Assembly: GCF_020541245.1 (NCBI RefSeq)
Contig: NZ_CP045876.1
Location: 210,001-242,000, forward strand
Direction of reading: 5' to 3'
From: Candidatus Annandia pinicola
GTDB lineage: Bacteria > Pseudomonadota > Gammaproteobacteria > Enterobacterales > Enterobacteriaceae_A
DNA: 32,000 bases
Positions 16,493-26,933 of the stretch are shown here, piece after piece. The notes beneath the pieces were generated by a model. It saw only the letters and a program-made list of their open reading frames with translations. It made no database searches and had not been told where the DNA came from. The stretch's first letter is position 1. Each line of letters opens with the position of its first letter. The position numbers and the translations under genes are program-made.

Positions 16493-17581
16493 ATGAATAA
16501 TGTACATAATTTTAGCGCAGGTCCAGCAATTTTACCTAATAGTGTTATAAAAAAAGCTATAAAAGAATTAAATTATGGTAAAAAATATGGAATTTCAATA
16601 TTAGAAATAAGTCATCGTAGTAAAGAATTTATTAAAATTGTAGAAAAAGCAGAAGAAAACTTAAGAGAATTATTAAAAATACCTAAAAATTATAAAGTTT
16701 TATTTTGTCAAGGAGGGGCACGTACTCAATTTGCTGCTGTTCCTTTAAATATTATAAAAAAAGAAAAAAAATATGCTGATTATATTGATGGAGGTTATTG
16801 GTCAAATAGTGCCATACAAGAAGCTAAAAAATTTTGTACTCCTAACATAATACCAGTAAAATATTTAATAAATAATAAAACTTCAATATTACCAATGAAA
16901 AAATGGAAAATAAAAAATAATTCTAATTATATTCATTATTGCCCAAATGAAACTATTGAAGGAATATCTATAAATGAAGAACCTAACTTTAAAAAAAAAA
17001 TAATAGTAGCTGATTTTTCTTCTAATATTTTATCTTATCCAATTAATATAAAAAAATATGATGTTATTTATGCTAGTGCACAAAAAAACGTAGGTCCTTC
17101 AGGAATAACTTTAGTAATAGTTAATGAAAAAATTGTAGAAAATGTAAACAATGATATACCATCTACATTAAATTATAAAATATTATCTTCTAATAAATCT
17201 ATGTTTAATACTCCTCCGGTTTTTTCCTGGTATTTATCAAGCTTAGTATTTGAATGGTTAAAATATAATGGTGGAATAAAAAAAATATATAAAATTAATA
17301 AGAAAAAATCAAAAATAATTTATAATATTATTGATTCTAATGATTTTTATATTAATAATATAAAATCTAATAATCGTTCTATAATTAATATTACTTTTAA
17401 ATTATATGATAAAAAATTAGATAAATTATTTATAAAAGAAGCTTATAAAGCTAATTTAGTATTTTTAAAAGGACATTATATAATAGGTGGTGTAAGATCT
17501 TCTATATATAATGCTATGTCATTAAAAAGTGTTCAATATTTAGCTGATTTTATGAAATATTTTGAATGTCGTTATGGATAA
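16493..17581 (+). CDS. serC: Phosphoserine aminotransferase
   Basis: Homology begins at MNNVHNFSAGPAILP (ATG 16493). Motifs present are EISHRSKEF, YKVLFCQGGARTQFAAVPLN, HYCPNETIEG, YASAQKNVGPSG, MFNTPP and GGVRSSIYNAM. Confidence 0.93.
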   Translation: MNNVHNFSAGPAILPNSVIKKAIKELNYGKKYGISILEISHRSKEFIKIVEKAEENLRELLKIPKNYKVLFCQGGARTQFAAVPLNIIKKEKKYADYIDGGYWSNSAIQEAKKFCTPNIIPVKYLINNKTSILPMKKWKIKNNSNYIHYCPNETIEGISINEEPNFKKKIIVADFSSNILSYPINIKKYDVIYASAQKNVGPSGITLVIVNEKIVENVNNDIPSTLNYKILSSNKSMFNTPPVFSWYLSSLVFEWLKYNGGIKKIYKINKKKSKIIYNIIDSNDFYINNIKSNNRSIINITFKLYDKKLDKLFIKEAYKANLVFLKGHYIIGGVRSSIYNAMSLKSVQYLADFMKYFECRYG

Positions 17582-17604
17582 ATTATATTTATAATAAGGA
17601 ATAT

Positions 17605-18891
17605 ATGAATAAAATTTTAAAAATCAATCAAATAAAAAAAATTAACGGTTTTATATATTTACCTGGTTCTAAAAGTATATCTAATAGAGTATTATTATTA
17701 TCTGCAATGTCTAATGGTAAAACTTATTTAAAAAATATATTAAAAAGCGATGATACTCAATATATGATAAATACTCTTAAAATTTTAGGAGTTAAATTTA
17801 AAAGAAAAAATAATACAAATAATTATAAAATTATAAGTAAAGGTGATTCAATTTTTAATAATATCAAAATGAATATTTTTTTAGGAAATGCTGGTACAGC
17901 TATGAGATCTTTAACAGCAGCATTTTGTTTGGGTTTAAATGATATAATATTAACTGGTGAAGATAGAATGAAAAATAGACCAATAGGACATTTAATAGAT
18001 GCTTTAATTCAAGGTGGAGCAAATATTAAATATTTAGAAAAAATAAAATATCCTCCTTTACATATTAGAGGTGGTTTTATTGGTGGTAATATTAATATTA
18101 ATGGTAATATTTCTAGTCAATTTTTAACTTCTTTATTAATAATATCACCATTAGCAAAGAATAATACTATTATCTTTATAAAAAATAAACTTGTTTCAAA
18201 ACCATATATTGATATGACATTAAAATTAATGAAAATATTTGGTATTTCAGTAAAAATAAAAAATAATTATTTTTTTATTAAAGGTAATCAAAAATATATT
18301 GCTCCTAAAAAATATTTAATTGAAGGAGATGCTTCTTCAGCATCTTATTTTTTAGCAGCTTCGGCTATTAAAGGAAAATCAATTTCATTATATGGAATAA
18401 ATGTAGAAAAAAGTATACAAGGAGATTCTAAATTTATAAATGTTTTAAAAAAAATTGGTACATTGATTTATAATAATAATAATTTCATTTACTGTAAAAA
18501 AAATATATTAAGAGGTATTAGTTTAGATATGAATGATATGCCTGATGCAGCTATGACACTTGCTATTTTAGGATTATTCTCAAAAGGAATAACAAATATT
18601 CTTAATATATACAATTGGAGAGTTAAAGAAACTGATAGATTATATGCTATGTCTAAAGAATTAAATAAAATAGGTGCAAAAATAAAAGAAGGTAGTAATT
18701 ATTTATATATAAAACCAAATAATATAATAAAATCAGCTATTATAGATACATATAATGATCATAGAATTGCAATGTGTTTTTCTTTAATATCTTTATTTAA
18801 ACAAATAATAATTAAAAACCCTAAATGTGTAAATAAGACTTTTCCTAATTATTTTATAGAATTTTCTAAAATTAGTAGTTTTTATTTATAA
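17605..18891 (+). CDS. aroA: 3-phosphoshikimate 1-carboxyvinyltransferase (EPSP synthase)
   Basis: Homology begins at MNKILKINQIKKINGFIYLPGSKSISNR (ATG 17605, with AAGGA 4 nt upstream). Motifs present are LGNAGTAMR, RMKNRPIGHL, SSQFLTSLL, VSKPYIDMTL, EGDASSASYF, NWRVKETDR and NDHRIAMCFSL. It follows serC as in E. coli. Confidence 0.94.
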   Translation: MNKILKINQIKKINGFIYLPGSKSISNRVLLLSAMSNGKTYLKNILKSDDTQYMINTLKILGVKFKRKNNTNNYKIISKGDSIFNNIKMNIFLGNAGTAMRSLTAAFCLGLNDIILTGEDRMKNRPIGHLIDALIQGGANIKYLEKIKYPPLHIRGGFIGGNININGNISSQFLTSLLIISPLAKNNTIIFIKNKLVSKPYIDMTLKLMKIFGISVKIKNNYFFIKGNQKYIAPKKYLIEGDASSASYFLAASAIKGKSISLYGINVEKSIQGDSKFINVLKKIGTLIYNNNNFIYCKKNILRGISLDMNDMPDAAMTLAILGLFSKGITNILNIYNWRVKETDRLYAMSKELNKIGAKIKEGSNYLYIKPNNIIKSAIIDTYNDHRIAMCFSLISLFKQIIIKNPKCVNKTFPNYFIEFSKISSFYL

Positions 18892-18947
18892 ACTATAACA
18901 TATAAATTTTAAAATATATATAATTTTAAAATTTTAAGGATAATGAT

Positions 18948-19658
18948 ATTTTTATTGATGAAGATATACCTATAATAGTTATTGATGGTCCTAGTAGTAC
19001 TGGTAAAAGTGTTATGTGTCAAAAAATTGCTTTAGAATTAAAATGGAATGTATTAAACTCTGGAGCATTATATAGATTATTAGCTTTTTTTTTAAATGAA
19101 AATAATAAATTTTATAATTTAAATTATATTAAATTTATTATAGCTAATTTAAATGTAGAATTTGTCTATTCTAATAAACATAATTCAATACGAACAAAAT
19201 TACATGGAGTAGATGTATCTGATATATTACAAGAATTAAATATAGGTAGTTCAGCATCTTATATATCTTCATTTTATGTTGTAAGAAGACATTTAGTAAG
19301 AAAACAACATAAATTTTGTAAGTTACCAGGATTAGTAGCAGATGGTCGTGATATGGGGACTGTAGTTTTTCCAAATGCAGTTGTTAAATTTTTTTTATAT
19401 TCAGATATGTATAAAAGAACTTATTGTCGTTTATTACAATTAAAAAAAAAAAATCCTGATATTAATTTTAAACAAGTATTATCAGATTTAAAAAAAAGAG
19501 ATAAAAGAGATTTAGAAAGAGAAGTTTCACACTTAGAACCAGCTTTAGATTCTATTAAAATAGATAGTACTGATATGAGTGTTAAAGAATTATTTGATAT
19601 AATTATGAAAAATGTATATGAAAAATTAAAATCTTTAGAAATAATTAAAAATTATTAA
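18948..19658 (+). CDS. cmk: Cytidylate kinase (start codon uncertain: no canonical in-frame start upstream of the P-loop)
   Basis: IPIIVIDGPSSTGKSVMCQKIALELKWNVLNSGALYR, LPGLVADGRDMGTVVFP and RDKRD are colinear with E. coli Cmk. The P-loop is encoded at 18981-19010, upstream of the first in-frame ATG (19014). I placed the start at the in-frame ATT at 18948, 7 nt after an AAGGA. See the finding for the alternative. Confidence 0.8.
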   Translation: MFIDEDIPIIVIDGPSSTGKSVMCQKIALELKWNVLNSGALYRLLAFFLNENNKFYNLNYIKFIIANLNVEFVYSNKHNSIRTKLHGVDVSDILQELNIGSSASYISSFYVVRRHLVRKQHKFCKLPGLVADGRDMGTVVFPNAVVKFFLYSDMYKRTYCRLLQLKKKNPDINFKQVLSDLKKRDKRDLEREVSHLEPALDSIKIDSTDMSVKELFDIIMKNVYEKLKSLEIIKNY

Positions 19659-19730
19659 TAAAAAAAATAAATAATTTATATTATAATAAAATAAATACAT
19701 AATATAAATTAATAATTAAATATAAAAATA

Positions 19731-21305
19731 ATGATAAAAAAAGATAATTATTTTGCTGAATTGTTTTATGAGAATACAAAAAAAAAAAAAATATATATTG
19801 GTTCTGTTATAAAAGGAAAAATATTTAATATTAATAAAAATAATGTTATAGTTGATACAGGATTAAAATCAGAATCTTATATACCTATAGATGAATTTAA
19901 AAATATTAATGGTGATATTGAAGTTAAAATTGGAGAAATAATTGATGTTGTATTAGATGTAATTGAAGATGGTTATGGAATAACCATACTTTCTAGAGAA
20001 AAAGCAAAAAAATTTAGTTCTTGGTTATTTTTAGAAGAATCTAAAAGACAAGACAAACATATAAAAGGAATAATTAGTAGTAAAGTAAAAGGTGGTTTTA
20101 ATATAAATATTAATGGAATACAAGCATTTTTACCAGGGTCTTTAATTGATATGAAATCTATTAAAGATCCTTTATTTTTAGAAGGTATGTATATATCAAT
20201 AAAAGTTGTTAAAATAGATAAAATAAGAAATAATATTGTTGTTTCAAGAAAAAATACTATAGATAAAAAATATTTAAAAAAAAATAAAGCATTAAAAGAT
20301 GTTATAGAAGGAAAAGAAATAATAGGTATTATTAAAAATATAACTGAATATGGGGCCTTTATAGATTTAGGTGGTATAGATGGATTATTACATATAACTG
20401 ATATTTCTTGGAAAAGAATTCAACACCCTAATGATATTTTAAATCCTGGAGAATATGTTAAACTTAAAGTATTAAAATTTGATAGAATTAATTCAAAAAT
20501 GTCTTTAGGGTTAAAACAATTAACAGATGATCCTTGGAAACGTATTAAAAATATATATCCAAAAAAAACTAAAATTTTAGGAAAAGTTACTAATATAACA
20601 GAATATGGGTGTTTTGTAGAAATTAAAGAAGGTATAGAAGGTTTAGTACATACTTCTGAAATAGATTGGGTTAATAAAAATGTAAATATATCAAAAATAT
20701 TAAAATTAAATGATAAAGTAGAAGTTATTGTATTAAGTATAGATAAACCTCGTAAAAGAATATCATTAGGTATTAAACAATGTATAAGTAATCCTTGGTA
20801 TCAATTTTCTAAAATTTATAATTTAGGAGATAAAATTGAAGGATATATTAAATCAATAACTTCTTTTGGTATATTTGTATCATTAGAAAATCAATTAGAT
20901 GGTTTAATACATATATCTGATATTTCATGGAAACCTTATAACTCAAAAATTTTAAGTAAATATAAAAAAGGAGATAAAATATCAGTTATATTATTAAATA
21001 TAGATATAAAAAAAGAAAGAATATCTTTAGGAATTAAACAAATTGAATACAATCCAGTAAGTGATTATATGTCTTCTCGTGAAATTAATAGTACAATAGA
21101 AGGCAAAATTATAAGAATAGATAATAATGGTATTATTTTAGAATTAGAAAAAAATGTAAAAACTCATATAGAAAGTTCTGAAATTTTAGATAAAGATTAT
21201 TATAAAGAAAATATTTATTATAAAAATAGTTTAAAATTAAAATTATTAGGAATTGATCATAAAAAACAAACTATTAAAACATCTATAATTAAAAAAAAAA
21301 AATAA
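19731..21305 (+). CDS. rpsA: 30S ribosomal protein S1
   Basis: A 524-aa ORF with repeated S1 (OB-fold) domains: GFNININGIQAFLPGSL, YGAFIDLGGIDGLLHITDISW, YGCFVEIKEGIEGLVHTSEIDW and FGIFVSLENQLDGLIHISDISW. It follows cmk as in E. coli. Confidence 0.94.
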   Translation: MIKKDNYFAELFYENTKKKKIYIGSVIKGKIFNINKNNVIVDTGLKSESYIPIDEFKNINGDIEVKIGEIIDVVLDVIEDGYGITILSREKAKKFSSWLFLEESKRQDKHIKGIISSKVKGGFNININGIQAFLPGSLIDMKSIKDPLFLEGMYISIKVVKIDKIRNNIVVSRKNTIDKKYLKKNKALKDVIEGKEIIGIIKNITEYGAFIDLGGIDGLLHITDISWKRIQHPNDILNPGEYVKLKVLKFDRINSKMSLGLKQLTDDPWKRIKNIYPKKTKILGKVTNITEYGCFVEIKEGIEGLVHTSEIDWVNKNVNISKILKLNDKVEVIVLSIDKPRKRISLGIKQCISNPWYQFSKIYNLGDKIEGYIKSITSFGIFVSLENQLDGLIHISDISWKPYNSKILSKYKKGDKISVILLNIDIKKERISLGIKQIEYNPVSDYMSSREINSTIEGKIIRIDNNGIILELEKNVKTHIESSEILDKDYYKENIYYKNSLKLKLLGIDHKKQTIKTSIIKKKK

Positions 21306-21322
21306 TAAGTATTTTATATATT

Positions 21323-22702
21323 TTAAAAATTAGCATTTTTAGGGGTTCTTGGAAAAGGAATTAAATCTTTTATATTTTTAACTCCAGTTATATAAGAAAT
21401 TAATCTTTCAAATCCTAAACCAAAACCAGAGTGAGGAACCGTTCCATATTTTCTTAAATCTCTATACCACCAATAATCAGATTTTTTTAAATTCATTTTT
21501 TTTAAATTTAAATCTAATATTTTTAATCTTTCTTCTCTTTGAGAACCTCCTATAACTTCACCTACATTTGGAAATATTATATCCATAGCGGCAACAGTTT
21601 TATTATCATTATTTAATCTCATATAAAAAGCTTTTATATTTTGAGGATAGTTTTTAATAATTATTGGAGAATTAAAATATTTATTTGTTAAATAAATTTC
21701 ATGTTCTTTATAAATTTCTGAACCCCAATATATTTTTTTATCGAAAATTTTATTATATTTATATAAAATTTTTATAGCTTCATTATAATCTATTTGAATA
21801 AATTTAGATTTAATATTTTTTTTTAATCTTTCAATAATATTATCATTATTATTTGATAAAAAAATTAAATCGTTATTACATTTTTTTATTATTTTTTTAA
21901 ACAAATATTTTAATAAAACTTCAGCTATAATATTAATATCTTCTAAATTTGAAAAAGCTTTTTCTATTTCTAACATCCAAAATTCACATAAATGTCTTCT
22001 AGTATTAGAATTTTCAGCTCTAAAAGTAGGACCAAATGTATATACTTTAGATAAAGCACATGCATAAGATTCTAAATGTAATTGTCCAGAAACAGTTAAA
22101 AAGGCTTTTTTTTTAAAAAAATTACTTTGATATTTTTTATCATTGTTTTTATTTTTACTTTCGGTAATAATATTAAATACTTCTCCAGAACCTTCTGTAT
22201 TTAAAGTTGTTATTAATGGTGTAGAAATTAAACAATAACCATTTTTATATAAAAAGTTATGAATTTCATATGATAAAGAATTACGAATTCTCATAATAGC
22301 ACTTATTAAATTAGTTCTTGGTCTTAAATGTGCCATATTTCTTAAAAAATTATTACTATGATTTTTTAAAGATATAGGATAAGATTCTTTTTTATAAACT
22401 AATCCTATTATTTTTATAATTTTAGCCTCTATTTCATATTTTTGTTTTTTTCCCAAAGAATATATTAATTTACCCTCTATTTCTAAAGAACATCCTGTTG
22501 TTAATTTTAATATTTTTTCATAATTATAAATTTTTTTTTTAACAATAACTTGAGCAAAATTAATATGAGATCCATCATATATTGATAAAAAAGATAATCC
22601 TAATTTTGAATCTCTTTTAGATTTTATCCAACCTTTAATTTTAATAATAGTATTTATTTTAATTTTTTCATCAAATATATTTTTTATTGATATTTCATTC
22701 AT
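21323..22702 (-). CDS. asnS: Asparagine--tRNA ligase
   Basis: A 459-aa ORF (E. coli 466 aa). Motifs present are LRPRTN, TFGPTFRAENSNTRRHLCEFWMLE, GGSQREER and PHSGFGLGFERL, with the C-terminal PFPR motif. The Shine-Dalgarno is AAGGATGA. Confidence 0.94.
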   Translation of the reverse strand: MNEISIKNIFDEKIKINTIIKIKGWIKSKRDSKLGLSFLSIYDGSHINFAQVIVKKKIYNYEKILKLTTGCSLEIEGKLIYSLGKKQKYEIEAKIIKIIGLVYKKESYPISLKNHSNNFLRNMAHLRPRTNLISAIMRIRNSLSYEIHNFLYKNGYCLISTPLITTLNTEGSGEVFNIITESKNKNNDKKYQSNFFKKKAFLTVSGQLHLESYACALSKVYTFGPTFRAENSNTRRHLCEFWMLEIEKAFSNLEDINIIAEVLLKYLFKKIIKKCNNDLIFLSNNNDNIIERLKKNIKSKFIQIDYNEAIKILYKYNKIFDKKIYWGSEIYKEHEIYLTNKYFNSPIIIKNYPQNIKAFYMRLNNDNKTVAAMDIIFPNVGEVIGGSQREERLKILDLNLKKMNLKKSDYWWYRDLRKYGTVPHSGFGLGFERLISYITGVKNIKDLIPFPRTPKNANF

Positions 22703-22848
22703 TTATAATCATCCTTAAATATTAATATAATAAAAAAATATAATCATGTATTAATAAAATATTTAATAAGATTTTTTTAAAAATTTATTAAATTAATTAT
22801 TAAAATAATATTATATATTTAAAAAAATATATTTTTTTTATAAAAATG

Positions 22849-22877
22849 TTGATATAATAAAAAAAATAAGTTATATT
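22849..22877 (+). promoter_or_regulatory. Candidate sigma70 promoter (TTGATA-17 nt-TATATT) upstream of tRNA-Ser(UGA)
   Basis: TTGATA at 22849-22854, a 17-nt spacer, then TATATT at 22872-22877. The tRNA starts 21 nt downstream. Confidence 0.35.
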
Positions 22878-22898
22878 AATTAAAGTATTTAATATTAT

Positions 22899-22983
22899 GG
22901 AGGGGTGGCCGAGTGGTTTAAGGCAGCGGTCTTGAAAACCGCCGATGGGAAACTATCCGAGAGTTCGAATCTCTCCTCCTCCA
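22899..22983 (+). tRNA. serT: tRNA-Ser (anticodon UGA), long variable arm, no encoded CCA
   Basis: The sequence is GGAGGGGTGGCCGAGTGGTTTAAGGCAGCGGTCTTGAAAACCGCCGATGGGAAACTATCCGAGAGTTCGAATCTCTCCTCCTCCA. The anticodon loop is CTTGAAA and the T arm is GAGAG-TTCGAAT-CTCTC. Confidence 0.9.
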
Positions 22984-23008
22984 AAGTAAATAATTTATTT
23001 TTTTTTAA

Positions 23009-23839
23009 TTATATATTACGTAATAATTCATTTATACCTATTTTACTTAAAGTTTTTTGATCTACTTTTTTAACTATAACAGCACAATATAAACCATATT
23101 TATTATTTTTATTTAATAAATTACCAGGAACAACTACTGATCCTGAAGGAACTCTTCCATTATATATAATATCTTTTTCTCTATCATATATTTTTGTACT
23201 TTGTCCAATATAAACCCCCATTGATATTACAGAACCAGATTCTACAATTACACCTTCTACTATTTCTGAACGAGCTCCTATAAAACAGTTATCTTCAATA
23301 ATAGTTGGTTTTGATTGTAAGGGTTCTAAAACACCTCCTATACCAACACCTCCAGATAAGTGTACATTTTTACCAATTTGAGCACATGAACCTACAGTAG
23401 CCCATGTATCAATCATAGTACCTTCACCAATATAAGCACCAATATTAATATAAGAAGGCATTAATATTACATTAGAAGATATAAATGATCCTTTTCTAAC
23501 TGTTGCTGGTGGTACTACTCTTATATTATCTTTTAAAAATTGATTTTCTTCATAATTATTAAATTTTAAAGGAACTTTATCATAATAATTATTTTCAGAT
23601 CCTTTAATTAATTTGTTTTTTTTTATTAAAAAATATAATAATATTGCTTTTTTAATCCATTCATATGATATCCATAAATTGTTTATTTTTTCTGCAACTC
23701 TTAAAATACCTTTATCAAGCATATTTATAATTTTATTAATATTATTATATAATTCTTTATTGACATTACTAAAATCAATATTTTTACGATTATCAAAAGC
23801 TTGATTTATAGTTTTTTTTAAATTTTCCATAATTTCCAT
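23009..23839 (-). CDS. dapD: 2,3,4,5-tetrahydropyridine-2,6-dicarboxylate N-succinyltransferase
   Basis: [66 protein letters not shown] is almost identical to E. coli DapD. The second ATG at 23830 ([15 protein letters not shown]) aligns length-for-length with the E. coli N-terminus and may be the true start. Confidence 0.94.
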   Translation of the reverse strand: MEIMENLKKTINQAFDNRKNIDFSNVNKELYNNINKIINMLDKGILRVAEKINNLWISYEWIKKAILLYFLIKKNKLIKGSENNYYDKVPLKFNNYEENQFLKDNIRVVPPATVRKGSFISSNVILMPSYINIGAYIGEGTMIDTWATVGSCAQIGKNVHLSGGVGIGGVLEPLQSKPTIIEDNCFIGARSEIVEGVIVESGSVISMGVYIGQSTKIYDREKDIIYNGRVPSGSVVVPGNLLNKNNKYGLYCAVIVKKVDQKTLSKIGINELLRNI

Positions 23840-23892
23840 TATTATATTATTTTTTTAATATTTATAATAATTAAAATTTATTATAAATATTA

Positions 23893-24678
23893 TTATATTT
23901 TAACGTAATTAATATTTTCATTATTTCTTAAAGTTAATATTTCATAACCACTTTCTGTTACTAAAATAGTATGTTCATATTGAGCTGATAATTTTTTATC
24001 CATAGTTCTTACAGTCCAACCATCATGATCTAAATAAGTATCAAATTTTCCTATATTTAACATTGGTTCTATGGTAAAAATCATTCCTTTTTTTAATATA
24101 ATTCCATTATCATAATAATCGTAATGTAAAACCATAGGATCTTCATGAAAATTCTTACCTATACCGTGACCACAATAATTTCTTACTATAGATAAACCTT
24201 TCTTTTCAGCATGTTTTTGTATATTTTTTCCTAATATACCTAATCTAATACCAGGTTTAACTAATTTAATAGCTATATACAAACTTCTTAATGTTTCTTT
24301 ACATAATATTTTTATTTTATTATTATGTTTATTACCTACTAAAAACATTTTAGATGTATCTCCATAAAAACCATCTTTATGTAAAGTAACATCTATATTA
24401 ATTATATCCCCTTCTTTTAAAGTTTTATTATTAGGGATACCATGACATACTACATCATTAATAGATGTACATATTGATTTTGGAAAACTTTGATAACCTA
24501 AACATGCTGAAGAAGAATCTTGATAGTTTATAATAAAATCATGACATAGTGTATCTATTTTTTCAGTTGTTATACCAGGTTTAATATATAAACTAATCAT
24601 TTCTAATGTTTCAGAAGCTTTTTTACAAATAAATTTCATTTTTTTTATATCTTTATTATTATTTATTGTTATTTTCAT
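23893..24678 (-). CDS. map: Methionine aminopeptidase (type I)
   Basis: A 261-aa ORF. Motifs present are VVCHGIP, DIINIDVT, FYGDTSKMF, YCGHGIG, FTIEPM and SAQYEHTILVT. It is divergent from rpsB as in E. coli. Confidence 0.94.
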   Translation of the reverse strand: MKITINNNKDIKKMKFICKKASETLEMISLYIKPGITTEKIDTLCHDFIINYQDSSSACLGYQSFPKSICTSINDVVCHGIPNNKTLKEGDIINIDVTLHKDGFYGDTSKMFLVGNKHNNKIKILCKETLRSLYIAIKLVKPGIRLGILGKNIQKHAEKKGLSIVRNYCGHGIGKNFHEDPMVLHYDYYDNGIILKKGMIFTIEPMLNIGKFDTYLDHDGWTVRTMDKKLSAQYEHTILVTESGYEILTLRNNENINYVKI

Positions 24679-24800
24679 TTTATTGTTTTAAGTTTTTAAT
24701 ATTTATATAATAATATTATTATATTTATTTATTATTATATTATTTTTTTTTATAAAATAATAAAAATATTTTTAAAATTATTAATAAAGGATAATTAATT

Positions 24801-25481
24801 ATGGTAAAAATTTTAATTAAAGATATGTTAAATGCTGGTGTTCATTATGGTCATCAAACTAAATATTGGAATCCTAAAATGAAACCATTTATTTTTGGAG
24901 TTAAAAATAAAATACATATTATAAATTTAGAAACTACTATAAAAATGTTAAATATTGCTTTAATAGAAATTTATAAATTATCATTAAATAAATGTAAAAT
25001 ATTATTTATAGGTACAAAAAAATCTATTAGAAATATAATAAAAAAAACTGCTATAAATTGTAATCAGTTTTTTGTAAACTATAGATGGTTAGGTGGTATG
25101 TTAACTAATTGGGTAACTGTGAATAAATCTATTAAATTATTAAAAGAATTAGAAATACAATCTAATGATGGAACATTTAATAAACTAACAAAAAAAGAAG
25201 CATTAATGCGTTATAAAGAGCTAAATAAATTAGAAAATAGTTTAGGGGGGATTAAAAATATGGGAAGATTACCAGATGCTGTATTTATAATTGATGTTTT
25301 ATATGAACGTATTGCGGTTAAAGAAGCTAATAATTTAAATATACCAGTATTTGCAATTGTAGATACTAACTCAAATCCAGATGGTGTGGATTTTATAATC
25401 CCTGGTAATGATGATGCAATTAAATCAATAAATTTATATTTAAATTTAATTTCTGAAGTTATTAATAAAAAAAAAAAATAA
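24801..25481 (+). CDS. rpsB: 30S ribosomal protein S2
   Basis: [44 protein letters not shown] and [10 protein letters not shown] are colinear with E. coli S2. Confidence 0.94.
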   Translation: MVKILIKDMLNAGVHYGHQTKYWNPKMKPFIFGVKNKIHIINLETTIKMLNIALIEIYKLSLNKCKILFIGTKKSIRNIIKKTAINCNQFFVNYRWLGGMLTNWVTVNKSIKLLKELEIQSNDGTFNKLTKKEALMRYKELNKLENSLGGIKNMGRLPDAVFIIDVLYERIAVKEANNLNIPVFAIVDTNSNPDGVDFIIPGNDDAIKSINLYLNLISEVINKKKK

Positions 25482-25514
25482 AAATAATTTTTTAATATAA
25501 TATAAGAAAATAAA

Positions 25515-26306
25515 ATGAATAAATATATAAAATTAATAAAAGAATTAAGAAATAAAACTAATGTTGGAATTGTAGATTGTAAAAAAGCTTTAATTAAATC
25601 TAAGGGTGATATAGAAGAAGCAATTAATATTATGAGAAAAGAAGGTAAAATTAATATACACAAAAAATTAAAAAACAAAGCTGTAAATGGAATTATATTA
25701 ATTAAATCAAACAGAAAATTAGAAGTAATTATTGAAATAAATTGTGAAACTGATTTTGTATCTAAAAATATTATTTTTATAAAATTTTGTGAAAAAGTAA
25801 TAAATACTATTATTAAAAAAAATATTTATGATATTAATATTTTAAAAAACATATTTAAAAATGATATAGAAAAATTAGTTTATACCTTTGGAGAAAATAT
25901 TAAAATTAATAGATTAGGTGTATTAAAAGATAGTTGTATGGATTATTATTTACATGACAAAAAAATTGGTGTACTAATTTCTTCATATAATGCTCCAAAA
26001 AAAATATTGAAAAGTATAGCAATGCATATAGCAGCAAGTAATCCAAGATATATAAATGTAAAAGATGTACCATTAGATATTATAGAAAAAGAAAAAAAAA
26101 TACAATTAGAAATTTTAATTAAAAATAAAAAAGATAAAATTTTTTTTGAGAGAATAATTAAAGGTAAAATTAAAAAATTTATAGATAGTATTGTTTTATC
26201 AGAACAAAATTTTATATTTGAAACTTCTAAAAAAGTTAAAAAAGTTTTAAATGAATATAATATTTTAATTAAAAATTTTATTCGTTTTGAATTAGGTGAA
26301 TCATAA
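25515..26306 (+). CDS. tsf: Elongation factor Ts
   Basis: A 263-aa ORF. LIKELRNKTNVGIVDCKKALIKSKGDIEEAINIMRKEG, EINCETDFVSKN, IAMHIAASNP and FIRFELGE match EF-Ts. Confidence 0.92.
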   Translation: MNKYIKLIKELRNKTNVGIVDCKKALIKSKGDIEEAINIMRKEGKINIHKKLKNKAVNGIILIKSNRKLEVIIEINCETDFVSKNIIFIKFCEKVINTIIKKNIYDINILKNIFKNDIEKLVYTFGENIKINRLGVLKDSCMDYYLHDKKIGVLISSYNAPKKILKSIAMHIAASNPRYINVKDVPLDIIEKEKKIQLEILIKNKKDKIFFERIIKGKIKKFIDSIVLSEQNFIFETSKKVKKVLNEYNILIKNFIRFELGES

Positions 26307-26375
26307 TAAATATTTTATTATTATTTAAAAATTTAAAATTTTTAATATTTTATTTATAATATTAAGGTAAATAAA

Positions 26376-26933
26376 ATGATAAAAAAAGAAATTAAAAAAA
26401 CTCATATTGAAATGGAAAATAGTTTTAATTCTTTTAAAAAAAGTATTATGAAATTACAAACTGGAAGAGCTTCTATTGAAATATTAGATGGTATTATGGT
26501 AAATTATCATAATAATTTGGTTCCATTAAAAACATTAAGTCATATTACAGTTAAAAATTCTCATACTTTAAATATTAGTATTTTTGATCAATTATCAAAA
26601 AATAACATTAAAAAATCTATTATAGAATCAAATTTAGGATTTAATCCTATTGATGATGGTAATAATATAATTATACCAATACCACAATTGACAAAAGAGA
26701 GAAGAAATCATTTTATTAAAATTGCTAAAAATAATGCAGAAAAATCAAGAATATCAATACGTAATCATAGAAAATATAAAAAAATATTTATTAAAAATTT
26801 AGTTAAAAATGATAAAATTACAAAAGATGAAGAATATTATTTATTAGATGAAATACAAAAATTTACTAATCAATATATTAAAAAAATTAATGATATTTTA
26901 AAAAAAAAAGAAGAAGAATTAATGAAATTTTAA
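26376..26933 (+). CDS. frr: Ribosome recycling factor
   Basis: A 185-aa ORF (E. coli 185 aa). LQTGRASIEILDGIMVNYH, IPIPQLTKERR, RISIRNHRK and ISKDE-like KITKDEE are present. Confidence 0.93.
   Translation: MIKKEIKKTHIEMENSFNSFKKSIMKLQTGRASIEILDGIMVNYHNNLVPLKTLSHITVKNSHTLNISIFDQLSKNNIKKSIIESNLGFNPIDDGNNIIIPIPQLTKERRNHFIKIAKNNAEKSRISIRNHRKYKKIFIKNLVKNDKITKDEEYYLLDEIQKFTNQYIKKINDILKKKEEELMKF

Noticed and set aside
24683-24711. TTGTTT-17-TATAAT upstream of rpsB as a promoter.
   Set aside because: The -35 is weak (3 of 6 positions) and A/T-only -10 hexamers are ubiquitous here. It cannot be supported as a feature without transcript mapping.
25211-25678. A 155-aa minus-strand ORF spanning the rpsB-tsf junction, plus the other antisense ORFs at 97-303, 2440-2628, 3435-3647, 10233-10496, 15230-15436, 19171-19374, 23613-23804 and 27737-27991.
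   Set aside because: All lie antisense to well-supported conserved genes. They are F/L/I-rich mirror images of K/N/I-rich coding sequence and show no recognisable motifs. They are chance open frames of the kind expected opposite well-conserved coding sequence.
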